Notes under the pieces: model-generated | The model's input: the letters and a program-made list of their open reading frames with translations, nothing else | Database searches by the model: none | Told to the model about the DNA's origin: nothing | Assembly: GCA_003614675.1 (NCBI GenBank) | Contig: ML002230.1 | Span: forward strand, 1 to 64,000 | Source: Dimargaris cristalligena | Taxonomy: Eukaryota | Direction of reading: 5' to 3' | Length of the DNA stretch: 64,000 nt | In this document: positions 46,384 through 59,797 of the stretch, in pieces | How positions within the stretch are numbered: position 1 is the first letter of the stretch | How the letters are laid out: each line of letters opens with the position of its first letter | Position numbers and translations under genes: made by a program

Positions 46384-46989
46384 TTAAAGCATTTGCTTAG
46401 CAACCAGGGCGGCGACAACGGAAGACATGAAGGATCCGGCAACCAGGGAAGAAGCAGCGCCAGTGCTAGAGTCGTCGGAGCTAGTGGCCTTGGCGTTGTA
46501 ACCCTTGGAACCAGTGGCACTGGCAGTGCCCTTGAGCGACGACCAGGAACCAGTCGGCTTATAAGCGGAACCAGTGACACCAGCGGCAGCGGCGGCGGCG
46601 GTACCAGTGGGGGCGGCGACGGAAGAGGTCGACACAGCACCACCTTCGTGGGCGTGGGTTTCGGCGCCAACCTTGGCTTCCATGGGCATGGGCTCAGACT
46701 TGGTCACCTTGCTGGGGTGCGTGGGAGGGGGGCCCATAACGGGGTTGAACTCCTTGGCAATGCAGTTCTGCATGCAGACGTTGGCCATCATAGGGTCCTT
46801 CACGTTGCACTTGGCGACGCACTCGGTGGTGTTGCTAATCTGGCTGATGCTGGGGTTGGGCACACCCATGCAGCGGGCACGGCAGCCGAGATCGTCAGCA
46901 GCGCACTGGGGGCACACTTCGAAATCCTCTTGGGCGGCGGTGACGGCGGCGCAGGCAGCGATGGCGAGAAGAGCGAGGGTGGCCTTCAT
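46384..46989 (-). CDS. Small secreted 8-Cys protein with a Ser/Thr/Ala stalk and GPI signal (cell-surface protein)
   Basis: Signal peptide MKATLALLAIAACAAVTA; Cys domain CPQCAADDLGCRARCMGVPNPS..TTECVAKC..CMQNCI; tail STGAASSLVAGSFMSSVVAALVAKQML; strong codon bias; TATA-like sequence near 47140. Confidence 0.85.
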   Translation of the reverse strand: MKATLALLAIAACAAVTAAQEDFEVCPQCAADDLGCRARCMGVPNPSISQISNTTECVAKCNVKDPMMANVCMQNCIAKEFNPVMGPPPTHPSKVTKSEPMPMEAKVGAETHAHEGGAVSTSSVAAPTGTAAAAAAGVTGSAYKPTGSWSSLKGTASATGSKGYNAKATSSDDSSTGAASSLVAGSFMSSVVAALVAKQML

Positions 46990-48737
46990 ATTGGGATATA
47001 TCTATTGAGGAATGGGGGTTAAGCCGGAATCAAGCTATAATGGGAATAATGTGGACGATCTGCTGGAGGTCACGAAGCAAGTAGTATAACAAGGACGGGT
47101 TAGGATTAATCAGCTCCAGAGCACGACCCCGCTAGAGGTATTTATATTAGCAAACCCATCCACCGTTCCGTAACCTCAAATCAGCTACAGAGCCGCTGCT
47201 GGGGTAGCGAGGAGCAACATTTCGATGGTCTCCGTTGTTCTACTAGTACCTATTTGTTATGATTTCAGCTCGGCCATCTAGTTTAGATTCCAATTGACAT
47301 GCCTTGCGGGCCTCCTGGTATTGCCGACTGAATGTATCAGTTGTTGGAATTCATTACCGCTCGCCCAGGGGCAATAGTCCACGAATCATTCGGTTGAAAC
47401 GACCGGCCATTCAACACAGTGGTACTGATTAGCAACTAGTATCCAAATAGCACATAGCACGTTCTGGTAATCCATTCATTTAATCACTATATATTCACTC
47501 AAACTTGCCATGGTCACGAAGTATAGCTCAGATGTCGGATCATCCCAGAATTAGATCCATTTGGCCAGCTTGGGCTGCGGATACCTACAATGGGATCGTG
47601 TTTTAGTACACGGCTATTTAGCGGCACTTGAACTCTAGGGTTTCGGTTAAGGCGTATGTCTTTCTACCTTTGATTGGTGACTTCTTAGTAGGGCAGTCGT
47701 CCAACCATCCTTTTTATCGGAATCGACCGTTGCACAATAATTCGTGGACATATCCATTCGCACACTGGGCCCACCCCCTTAATTGGGGTCAAAGCACCAC
47801 CTCTCCTACTCACTCCTTACTGAGACGCGCGACCATCGACCACCTCCCAAACACGGTACATGGGCACGAGAGCGTGTTGGGGAGGGGGGATGCAATTCCA
47901 CTTTCGGAGTAGGGGTGAAAGGGTTGACAGATCCGTGGCAAGGGTCCCAATATGCCTGTCCACCAGCGAAATTCAGGAGTTGAATTCAGTGTGGCCTAGT
48001 CTCCTGCTATGGACCAACCAATACGACAACATGCCCAACATATCCGCTTCGATTCGGAACTGTTGTTCTTTTTGGATAAGCAATTATTAATAGGAGTGTG
48101 GACATTCTCCTTCGATAAAGGCCCACTTTGTTGTTCCCAAATCCCTACCGAACTTTCGTGCATTCCCCTCGTAAAACAGTTTACGTTATAAACGCACCGT
48201 ATTTGACGGACGGTCCTGAATTATTTAGCACATTGTACCAATTTTAAGGGACCACATCGTGCTTCTACGGGTCATCAATATTAATATTTGTCATTAGTAC
48301 GTGTCCAACTACACATGAATATGTACACTTTCCTATCTGGTATTGCCCTGGACCGGCTAATGGTTGGCTTTAGGGTACGTTTGTAGACTTGAATACTCTA
48401 GATTAGGCTAATTAGAGAACCTTCAACCCGGATGTTCAACCAGAAGACTAATTATAACTTCGCATCAAATTGTAATACAGTAAGCTTATACATTTAGTAT
48501 TTAGTTCGATACGATAGACACAGGTAAAGATAATATTGCTAAAAAGTGTCTTAGCGATTCAAATCAAAGATGCGTTGAAACCAAGTAGCATAGCACGCTT
48601 GCGGTTGAATAGCTCGGGTATGGGGTTACATGAAGCGCATTTAATAGGTTGGAAAAAAATAGAACTGTAGAGGAACGGGCCACAGAAGAAAATGTCGAAA
48701 ATCCCCAAGTCCGTTACGGTACATGTGCCGAACTATT

Positions 48738-51100
48738 TTAGGCAAAGTACTGGAGTGAAGTCTTCTTCTTGGCTTGGACCTCCTGGATGCCCTCCATAAA
48801 GTCTTCGTGGCAAAGCTGGGAGGCACCACGGCGTAGGGCAATCATACCGGCTTCGACACATACTGCCTTGCATTGGGCTCCGTTGAACTCGTCACAGCAG
48901 CGGGACAGTTCCTCAAAGTTGACATCCGGTCCGACGTTCATCTTACGCGAGTGAATCTGCAGAATACGGGCACGTGCTTCCTCATTCGGTAGGGGGAACT
49001 CAATCTTACGGTCCAACCGCCCCGAGCGCAAGAGAGCTGGATCGAGAATATCAATCCGGTTGGTCGCCGCGATCACCTTAATGCGGTCGTCACTACCAAA
49101 CCCGTCCAACTGGTTAAGAAGTTCTAACATAGTACGTTGAACTTCACGATCGCCGCTCTTTTCCGAATCGAAACGCTTGGTACCGATGGCATCCAGTTCA
49201 TCGATAAAAATGATCGAGGGGGCCTTTTCCTTGGCCAATTCAAACGCGTCCCGAATTAATTTGGAACCATCGCCAATGAACATCTAGGGGGTTCATAATC
49301 ATCCAAAAGTATTTAACCAAAAATAAACGCCGAATGAGTCAACTGAGCAACAGGGGGTTTTCAAGGGTGGCAGAAGCGGTGGATCCTATAAAGAAGGGGT
49401 ACACTTCTCAGCTCAGCAGTTCTAATAACCAGAATCGTAAGAACACCAAAGGAAAGCAGTCAAGGTGATAAAGGCCGGTATACTCCAGCCGCGCTCGTAG
49501 GGACCCTTAGACCCCGCAGGAGAACATAGAGCCGGTGTAACTTACCTGCACCAATTGGGGACCGGCCAGCTTGAGATATGTGGAGTTGGTCTGGGCGGCA
49601 CAGGCACGCGCCAGGAGGGTTTTACCAGTACCAGGTGGTCCGTACATGAGAGCTCCTATTGTAAGGGTATTTTAAATCACGGGGATGGATAATAATCATA
49701 TAGAATGACCAAGTAAGAACTATGGTATATAAATAGGGATAGATAACGCGCAAGTATCATTGGTATTGGGCCAGAGTGCCGAGCACATTGTCCTATAATT
49801 ATACAGCATTATCACAAAATTCAGGATTACCTTTCGGGGGTCGAATGCCCAGATTCTTGAATCGTTCGGCGTGGGTCATGGGGAGTACAATCGCTTCCAC
49901 CAGTTCCTCAATCTGCTTATCCAGACCGCCAATATCGGTATAGTCTTCGGTGGGCTTCTCGTCAACCTCCATCGCCTTGACACGGGAATCGTATCTACAG
50001 TGTAGAATGAGATGTAGATGGAACGGAATAGTGGCGAGAATATACAACAATAGGTCAGAGAAGCTGGGGATATGCAACAGCATTTTGATGCGGCTATGTT
50101 ATCCGTCATCATGGGTCAAAGGTAGGTGTAATAAATGCCACCAAGTAAATGCACTTACTCGGCGGGAAGCTTTTCCAGAATTAGGTAACTGTCCTTGTGA
50201 ACACCGATGAGATCGCCGGCCTTGAGGTCCTCCGCCTCAACCAGCCCAATAAGAGGCAGGAAAATCGTCTAAAATCAGAAACCGTTATAGGATTAGCCAA
50301 ATGTTAAACGGTAAAGGGTTAGCAGTGTACTTAAACATATACGCGTGGCGGGCCGATACGCTCAAAGCAAAACCAATGGCCACCAAATACTATCAAGGAC
50401 GGACCGGACTGTTTAATCGGATAATGATTACGTACCTGCCGGGTGGAAGTCTTGATCACAGCGCACTTGCCCTGCCGTTGGGAATCCAGGTCGACGTTGG
50501 CACCGTCATCGTCGTTATCGTCGGGATTCATATCGAGAATCTACGAACAGGATTCACATATAGGGTAAGGGTGATGGGGGTATAGAAGGATGGCTATTAG
50601 AGAATAGCAGATACGCATCGGTTAAACTGGGTAACCATTATGAACTGACTGCAAGTTTCGCGGAATACCTACCTCGACGACATTAGCAACTAGGTACGGT
50701 AGTTGCCGGTTCATGGCAATCTTCTGTTGGTTATCCTTGATCTTTTCAATCATGGCGCTCTTCTCGTGTTGAAGTCGGGACTGCTCGCTCTTCATAACCT
50801 AAGGGAGTTTGAACGCATTTCCAAATGTATAATTATATCCAAAGCAAAACAGAATAAGGACAAGATTGCCAGGGGACCAATTCCCGGTAACGGGCTACGG
50901 TAAGTGATAGTCATCAACCAGGGTAGAAAAACTAGAAAAGGACTCGAACGTACTCTAATCTCATTCTCAATGAGGCGGGTCCGGTTGCCAATGTCTTCGG
51001 TACTCGAACGGAGGATCTCGGCATCCAGATCTTCGAACTGGCCCCCGGTGGTAGATGAGCTGGCCTCGAGGGCCTTCTCCAGGGCGCTCTTTTCAGACAT
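48738..51100 (-). CDS. RPT5: 26S proteasome AAA-ATPase subunit Rpt5 (6A), 435 aa; exons 51100-50954, 50798-50673, 50540-50436, 50268-50159, 49994-49831, 49655-49546, 49283-48738
   Basis: Six GT-AG introns join in frame (1308 nt). [46 protein letters not shown], Walker [46 protein letters not shown], HbYX-type tail LQYFA. Confidence 0.97.
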
Positions 51101-51419
51101 GTTTAACTGTTTGAGAGGGGTGGATGCGAGATGATACGAAGCGGATGAGTAGGAAATGAGTTGGGGTTGGAAAACAGACAATGATAGTTTAATTGAATGT
51201 GGATAAGGAGAAGGTGGAAGTCCGGCGTGGAATCAATGTAGTGTCAATAGAAGGTAAGAGAAAGGGGGAGGGGTAGAAGTCGAAGATGGCAGCGAAACAC
51301 GCACAAGTCAAAAGGTACCACGGGGGATAGGCGTAGTAGTTCTTTGGCCACGGTATATCCGCGGAGTTTATACTGGCTTATTAATGGCCTCCTCACACCC
51401 TCTGACTAAACATCGTTAA

Positions 51420-51428
51420 TCTGCCACC
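51420..51428 (-). promoter_or_regulatory. PACE-like element (GGTGGCAGA) upstream of RPT5
   Basis: 8/9 match to the Rpn4 PACE consensus GGTGGCAAA, about 320 bp upstream of the ATG. Confidence 0.3.
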
Positions 51429-51818
51429 CAAGCCACATATACTATGTCTACCGAGTGGTTGCGAGCAGTAACGACGCGTTACCAAGCTTTTGAGACCCGT
51501 CTAATGCCATCCATCAATAGCGAGGGCTGTACGCTAATACTTGAGTACCATCTGACGAATGGCTGTTATGGTTTTGTACACTCCCTTGAATGGCGGTGTC
51601 TTAAAAGTGTCAGCAAAATTGCATATACTTGAATCGAGGTGGAGGTATTATATCAAATATAATATACCTAGAAACAGTGTTAAATTCAAGAAATATGGTC
51701 CTAAACTGTGGACTATAGCAATACCAAGATTGAGCCCTCCCAGCATCGTAACTGTCAAGTTATCATAGTAAAACAAGTGCTTTTTGTAATAATGTTAACC
51801 AAAAAACCTTTCCATGGC

Positions 51819-51891
51819 GGTTGAATAGTGTAGTTGGTTATCACACGGGATTCTGATTCCCGTGACCCGAGTTCGAATCTCGGTTCGACCT
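51819..51891 (+). tRNA. tRNA-Gln (anticodon CTG), intronless
   Basis: Acceptor stem GGTTGAA/TTCGACC, D arm GTG..CAC, anticodon arm CGGGA-TTCTGAT-TCCCG (CTG at 51853-51855), T arm CCGAG-TTCGAAT-CTCGG. Confidence 0.96.
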
Positions 51892-51893
51892 CA

Positions 51894-51909
51894 TTTTTTG
51901 ATTTTTTTT
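51894..51909 (+). terminator. Pol III oligo-T terminator of tRNA-Gln
   Basis: T6 and T8 runs immediately 3' of the tRNA. Confidence 0.75.
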
Positions 51910-53125
51910 CTAATGGGGAAATATTTGTCGGTTGCACTATTTTAGCAGACGAATAGTCAAGTGAAACTCCCACAGGAGGCTACGTCCAGGTTCTTGGCGT
52001 AATTGCCGAGCCTTTTTATAGATGATCCAATATTGACAGTCTCATTTCACTTTTGCAGCTATACTGAGCAGACTGCTTCATCATCGCACACTATTGGATA
52101 ACTCAATAAGGAGGCCAGTTATCTAGTGTGTTAAAAAAACGACAGAGGTATACCCAGCGGCTTGCGGTCAATCATAGCAAGACAAGTGACTTCAAACCCC
52201 CCCCCCCTCCCCCCGCTTTATATTCAAAGACGGTCCATTTTGCAATCAAACATGGCGTACTCGAACTACACAAGATATATCAATTGATTTTTAATGTAAC
52301 AGTCAGGAAATCAATGGTATGTATAAGAATATATGCAGATATAAGACACCGGGATAACACAATAGAGTAGCTAAAATCAAAAGGGGTACTAATTATACAA
52401 CGAAAAAAGATCTGAATATGAAAGGGCGGTTAAAGTGGCTAGTGCGAAGTAGAAATGTCGGAGGATGGTTATTATCATTCATCCGTTTGTATACCGCCAA
52501 ACATGGGAAGTAGATGTAATGTCAGAGTCTTCAAACCTTGCGAACAGAGGGTAGATGGCGGGGAGTGGATGTAAGGTAACGAATAGCCCAGTATACTTGG
52601 GCTAAGAAATAAATAAAGCTCAAATGACAGCTAGCGTCAGAGGGTCAGGGGGGAAATAGTCGAACTATCCGCCTGAGAGGATAACAAACCGTATTACCAA
52701 TAAGAAACTACTAATAAAGTTACAAAGATCCAAAATATAAATAAAAGTAAGATGAACTAAGGGGAAATCGGAGGAGAGAGAGAGAGAGAAGAAATAGGGA
52801 ATACATGGATTATCCATAGGTCGTTGGGACCAAACGGGGTAGGTCATGTTGATGAAAAGAGCACAAATCTAGAAGCAATAAGTGAGAAGGAGCCCAGCAA
52901 GAAACGAAAAATGATAAAAATAAAACCCTAGAAGGATTTAATAGTAAACACGCCCCAGGAAACCCATCGAATAGGATTCAAAGGGTAAGACAGAAACGCA
53001 AGTCAAGCGATGGTAAACATGCTTGAAAGAGAAGAAACATACCTCGATAAGATAGGACTGCCTGCACAGAAACAGGGGAAATATTGAGATGAATTAATAA
53101 AAAAATATAAACGCAAACGGGCACA

Positions 53126-55407
53126 TCAAGTACGGTTGCTACAGAAGCAGGGGCACAGCCAGGCGGTTTTCATCCTTAGACGCCCGCGCCACGTCCACGG
53201 TTGGGCGGACTGCGACAATTTACCGCCTTCGTTAAAGGCCTGCTCACAATGATGAAGGTTGTGGAAATGCGGGTCGGGCGGGGACCGGGTGGAGGAGTAG
53301 GACAGGGTGGACTGGGACGGGTTGGGATCATAGTAGTTCGAGATGACTCGGTTGGGGGGCGGGGAGGTGATGACAGGAGGAGGGGACTGGACGGTCGGAC
53401 TAGCTAGCCTCAGCGGGGGTTCCGAGATGGGCTGTAAGACCTCGGCCGTGGTGTTCCGAAAGGGCGTCTGGAGACTGTAATCCTGTAAAGAGGGAACGGT
53501 GAGCTCAGCCGGGGCATAGCCCAAGGGAACGTGCTGAAGACGCTGGAAGAAATCTGAATCATCGATATAATCGACGGCATCCCCCATGCCAGGGTCGCCA
53601 ACCTCCTCGGGATCTTCGGCGGGCAATTCCGGCGGGGTTTGAAGATGCAAGACATCCCAGTCTAGGCCGTGGAAAAAGGGATGATTCTTGATGGCCGACA
53701 AATCACTATCACTGGCCGCCAGCCGTTGGAGGGGGTTTAGGACCTGGGTAAAATGTATGAAAATGTAGGCAAACAGATGATATATATATATATATTAATA
53801 TGTAATTGTAATTAGAATACGAGATTGTAGTATATATTATTGGTTGACCAGTCAGGGCTGTATACTTGATCGGGTGATGGTAGCAGCATCCCTGACCAGA
53901 GCAGCCCGAGTGAGGGGTAGAGTAAACTATGCAGGCTAATAATGCTCCTAGGAGGAGCCTTACTCCCGGGTTTCGGGCTATAACGTGGATCAGCACTTAC
54001 CAGTAATCGAGTAACTAAATCGCGGGCCTCCGGGGAGAAGTGGTCGGGAATGGTGTACTCCAGGCGGATAATTTTTTGGAAAGTTTGGTATTCATTACTG
54101 CCTTTGAACGGGGGTTTGCCGGCGAGAAGTTGGTACAGAATACACCCAATGGCCCAAATGTCAGAGCTCCGCCCCACGGCCTTGTCAGTTAGAAGCTCGG
54201 GCGAGACGTACTCGGCGGTACCCACGAATGAATTAGAGCGGGCGTCGGGGGCAGGTTCATTATCCATTAGCTTGGCGGTCCCGAAATCGGTGAGTTTGAT
54301 GTGCATGTCCTGGCCCAGTAAAATATTTTCGGGTTTAAGGTCCCGGTGAACAACGTGCTTGTGATGCAGATACTCGACAGCCGTGATAATCTCGGCCATG
54401 TAAAAGCGGACACATGGTTCAGGGAGCTGGGTGAATCGTCGTATCAGAGCCAGCAGCTCGCCATTTTCGGCATAGTCGAGAACAAAATACAGGTTGGTGG
54501 AATCTTGGAATGCGTAATGTAGCCGCACAATGAGGGGATGGCTCAGTCGACTGAGGGTGTTTTTCTCGATATTGACGTATTTGGTCTTCTTTTCCTTGAT
54601 GATATGGCGCTTGTCCAGTATCTTGACGGCGTACCGCTGACCGTTGGTCTTGTCAGTACCGAGCATGACCTGCAAGGCGAGGAGGATATCACAATGGGCC
54701 ACGAGTAGCCAGCGAGGGAAATAAAGGGGTAGCGTGATATAATTAGGACCATGGACTGCAATGAATTTGGCCAGTTGCATTTTGCGTGCCTACAAAAGAC
54801 TGAGCGTCTGGTGGTACGTGTGACTATGATGCACACACTAATCGCCGAAGAAGCTGCGATGACACAAAGAAAGAAAAAAAGCGGAATGGACGAGGAAAAC
54901 AAGAGAGGGGCGATAGTGCCATGGAAGAAGCTACGAAATAAACTCTCCAGGACACCCCCGCTTCCTACCATAATGAGATTGCCGGATAATATGCCCTGGG
55001 GGTGGACGGATACTTACGGTGGAGTAGGAGCCCTCGCCTAAAATGCGGCCAAAGGTGAAGTCCTTGACATTGCGCTTGGCAAGGGCCTTGGACGGGGTGG
55101 GGGATAGTGTGGTGGGCATGGGTGAGGACTGGGTCATGTCCATGGGGATGGGAGTGGAGGCGAAATAACCGCCGGAGGTGACGGGCACGGGTCGGAACGG
55201 CGGGGCGGCTTGGGAGGAGGTGGTGGTGGCCCGGCGTTGTAGGGGCACTCCTCCACTGGTTAAAGGACTGGTCGCTGCTACTGGGGAGTTGTTAGCGGAC
55301 AAGGAATAGGCGGCCAGAAGATCCGTAGCACGGGGTGAGGTCGAGGAGCCCCTGGAAAGGCCGACCGTCGAAGGCTGGTCCGGACGGGGTTGCGTTGGGA
55401 AGTCCAT
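53126..55407 (-). CDS. PDK1/Pkh/Ksg1-family AGC kinase, 558 aa, no PH domain; exons 55407-55018, 54669-54001, 53743-53126
   Basis: KRNVKDFTFGRILGEGSYSTV, YAVKILDKRHIIKEKKTKYVNIEK, HRDLKPENILL, DFGTAK, RSNSFVGTAEYVSPELL, FKGSNEYQTFQKI, IKNHPFFHGLDW; two GTAAGT..CAG introns join in frame. Confidence 0.93.
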
Positions 55408-55616
55408 CAGTAGGGGGGACGGACTCGCAGCCAGAGCGAAGAATAAAAGAGAAAGATATATAGATAAACTAGAGAAGATGCACAAGAATGGTTAGTTAAA
55501 GAGAAAGGAAGTAGGAGCAATAGAGGCAAGACGCATAGATTGGAAAGAGAGAGAGAGAGAGACGGTGGAATGTACTACCCCTTCCCTAGTGCAAACCAAG
55601 TGGGACAGAGAAACAA

Positions 55617-55641
55617 CAATACAATACAATACAATACAATA
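55617..55641. repeat. (CAATA)n microsatellite, with a (GA)n run at about 55547-55562
   Basis: About 5 CAATA units in the PDK1 5' region. Confidence 0.7.
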
Positions 55642-58600
55642 GTAAAGGAAAGGAAAGCTGGGTACCCTAGGCGGGGCGATGTTGCTCTACTCTACTCTAT
55701 TATAATTCAATGCCAGTGGTTATAGTGGCTTTGGCTCAGCCACTCTGGTAGTTAGCTGCCTAGTGATGACGAGTCTCTTTTGGCCTAGAGAGGAGTTCAC
55801 TGTTGCTAACCCAAACCAAACCAAATTTAACTTAACCTAATACCAGTCTATATATAACCAGTGGGGTTAGACGTTAGAATGCTAGTTGGATAAGTAGGAG
55901 TCCTCCTCCCTCATCGATTTGACGCACCTCGAGCCGTAAGCCCTGGAGGGACACCCACCACCATGACCTACTTGCGGGGGTTTCTCCAGTGTATGGACCT
56001 TTTCCAGATGCAGTGTGGAATTACGGTAGGCAATGAATACCGAGAGGGGCTGGGGACAGTCCATGTCGTCAAGGTGTATATACCATCCACCAACATTAGC
56101 AGAGAAAGAGAGTTCCCCCTAGTTCTATGCTGGCAGGACGTGGTAGCCACCTCTGTGACCAACCATTCAACTCCGGTTCATTGTTTAGCCAATGAGTCAA
56201 TGAGCATCCCAGACAGTAGTAGAGGAGTGTAGCCGCGCCTCGCACAGATCCACTCAAGCGACGTTTACCAGCCCTCCTTTTGCGGCCTTGGTGAACCCAG
56301 TGCATTTTTGTCGCGCGCCATCATCTGTTGGTGTAATTAATTATCTATGCCAGCTCTTAACTACTGCTCGCTTCTAGCCGGCCAATAGAGTGGGCAACTA
56401 GCCAAGGGACCTCGACTGTGGTGGGCCTTTAGGATTATACCTTAGAAACGGGATACCAATCAACATATACATATAAGTGTTAATTGAGGCCAAGGGGAAT
56501 AATCATCATCCAGTCAGTATAACCAACCGTATAGGAGAGGGATTTAGCTATGCCCAAGACTATTAAAAACGGTCGACTCACTCCACCTTAAAACGGCTGG
56601 AAAAAAAGGGGGAATAACCTTCTAACCCAACCCAGCCGCCATTTTTGAAAGATGGTACTTTTTTCTAGGAAAAGATATATGTACAAAAGCGATCTACCTC
56701 CCTATAAATAGGCAGCCGGTACACGATCACCCCCCCCCCCCTACCTGCAGGTCTATATTTCGTCCGCTTTATATTCCTCATGGGGATGCCACTCACTAGT
56801 GGCGGGAAAACAGCCCTCCTAGTAAGCAACCTAATGCCTAGAACCTAATCTATAACTCAGTCAAGAAGACATGTGTGCCTTTTCGGGAAGTGTCAACATG
56901 GCATAATATTCCCAGCGATATATACTATACTACAAGAAAACGGACATGTAGATGCGGAGTACGTGTGAACAACCTGTGGCGAAACAAATTAGCAAACAGC
57001 TGGAAAATACTTGCAAACCATTAAATTACGAGAAAATCAACCCTATAACATTTTCTTCCAAACCCCCCAATCAATCAGGAACAACAACCATGAAGGCTTT
57101 AGAAATGGGCCGGTCTATGGATGGATGGGGTCACTTCCATTTCGAAGTATTGGTGCGGTTGTACAGCTAAAGCCACCACAAAAACACAGCATGTAACACC
57201 CTGGTGGGGGCGGTGTTCTTCCTAACATCTAACAGCAACGTACTTGACAAGTAGTTTATTTTTTGGGTTGATAGATTCTATACTCTAGGCCATGTCAACT
57301 CCACTAAGCCCATCTGCCTAGATTCCGGAGGGGTATATACCGCATCCGCCGATCAAGCCGGACTGGCGATGGCATGACACATGAGGAGAAGGTCTTGGCT
57401 TGCACAAAAGAAGTGATACACTAGGGGGGATAGTCCCCAACACTCGGGCGATCTTTCCATCAGATGGGGAAAGTCGGAGGTGCTTCAGCAGGATGAGAGG
57501 ATATTCTGCACACTGGCCTAATCTCGCCCACTGGGTAGGGTCGATGTTATCCATTTTTTTCTTTGAGTTTTTGCTTGTGTCAAATCCCAGGGTGGTTGTC
57601 GAGTTAGTAGACCCCATGGCGTACAGTACAGCACAGTTGGTTGAATGTGAGGAGACCCCAATGATTGCAAAATCCACACGACACTGGACGGTTTACCCAG
57701 GGAAAATTCACCGATGCCATTTTATTACAACCAGGGTGGTTCGTTCTGGATATCGATGGCAATAAGATAATCATGGCATCTCGGAATTCATAAAGACCCG
57801 ACTGACCGAACGTGAAGGCGGTGGCTATAGTAGGTAGAGGACCTTCGCGATTGGAATCCATTGATTAAGAAGACTATCTTGCTGGTGGAGGTGGACTGAG
57901 GCCCTCTATATGGGATGGAATGGCAGTATAAGTTCTCTTGATACTTGTTAAACCCCAAAAAGCCTCTTCCACTCGGGTCAAACTACTACTGATTGCCTCA
58001 ACTCCACTTACATATGGGTGAAGTTCGGCTTGGCTGTATAAGGTTTTAACTGATGTGTGTATGGGAAAATCGGTGGGGTATGTTTTTCACCTAATAGTAT
58101 TTGCCTTATCAAATGGATTTTTCATTTTACAGCCTGGTTGAACTGCTCCCGTATAGATAGGACTGGGTGGTGATTGGAAGGTCTCTAGGGCCAGTAAGTA
58201 GTGGCAATGGAGCCTCAGGGCATGGCGAGTAAAACGAAAAGGGCTGGTTTAATAAGACGACGGATGATTGTCGCCAATCGCTGGGCCAAGGCAATCTCAA
58301 GCAAGCACTACTGGATAAAGATACTCAACTACTACTTACTCTCCTCATTTATACTTACTTGTAACAAATGGCCCTCCCTGGTAGTTATAATTTGCGCCTG
58401 AGTTCATGGATAATAAATAGGATTCGCGTGGATTGCCGCTCCCCCACTGCGCTGCGTATGCAGGCCGGCCCCGTTGTTGGTCAGCACGCTTCGTTACTTG
58501 GCTTCTCATTTGGCTGCCCGCCCAATTTGCCGCTGCCCCGCATATACTCCAAATGTATACTAACCCTCTAGCCTAACCTTATCCCCTCTCCCTCCCTTTC

Positions 58601-59797
58601 CCTTCTCTTCCCTTACCTTAGCTTGACAAACAACTAACTATACTGTTCGTTCGGTCTTTTCTGTTTGCTTATTTTCCGCTCTTTTATTTCCGCCATTCTC
58701 TCCATTTCTCTTCCATTCTCTTCCATTCCGCCTCGCACGATCCCCGTTCCTGGCCTTCCTTCATCTCGTCGACTATCCGCCCATCTGTCCGTCTTACACC
58801 CATACCAGAGTACTTTAGTTAGTGTCGGCTTCGTTGGAATCTCCCTCCCCCGACTCTTCTTTCTTTGTCCGTCTGCATTGGTGCTGACTCCGCATACATT
58901 GTCTTTTTTCCTCACGCAGGTGCACCATATCCATAGGTTCGCCTCTATCAGTCTTCGTCCCTCCCTCTACTGAATAGTTGTTTCCTGTTCGGTCCAACGG
59001 TAAGAAGCCTCGCTGACCTTTCTTTGTTTATTCCCGCCACGTTGCCTCTCCTAACCCGTGGTTGAGGGAATAGACCATGCTCGTTTGATTTGATGATTTA
59101 GTGGACCCTTCCCACACTGGCGCGGGAAGTATTCTCTATTCCTCTTCTACTCCCGGACCCGTGGCTTCGAGTGGCCGCAGTGCCGAACTGTTATGGCTCG
59201 GCCGTGCCCTTCGCTGACACCTACCTCCTGGCTAGGCATACTCGACCTCAAACTGAGCTGCCCCGTTATAATCTTCCGCCCCGGCTGTGTTTTATACCAG
59301 TGTACTCATACTTTCAGTTGCACTCGTGGTGGAGGCGGGGACCAGTGCGCGGCTGTAGGGGGGGGGTTAGTGGTGCATACAGGGTGGTGTGGCTGGAGGA
59401 CTGTGGGGGAGGTAGTAGTAGTAGTAATAGCGGTTCCCTCTTCACTACCTCTGTCTGGTATATCTTCCCCATGCACGCTTGATTCAATATCGGTCCCTTG
59501 CACCCCCTCTTCTTACAACCCTAACCCTAACCCTTTACCACCCCACACCCCACCTGGCCTTTGGTCTGTGGTTCATTTCATCAACTAACCTATTCCCCCT
59601 ATTATCCTTGCCCTTGTTATTTTCTCCGGTTCATTTCACTACTGTGGGTTATTCTCTGCCCATCCCCTCCCTCTCCTCATTGGATGGTGGATCGCCCTCC
59701 TGTTTTTTCCCTGGGATTGCCTGGTCTCGTCTCCCTAAACCCGCTCGCAGCCCTCTCCACCTTTCCCGGACACACCTGAATATTCCCTCTCGTCACC

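Noticed and set aside
46393-47022. Gly-rich 209-aa plus-strand ORF
   Set aside because: Antisense shadow of the Ala/Thr-rich GPI protein.
52960-53128. Possible TGA readthrough or selenocysteine at the PDK1 stop
   Set aside because: The downstream sequence is T-rich 3' UTR with no coding character, and I recognised no SECIS.
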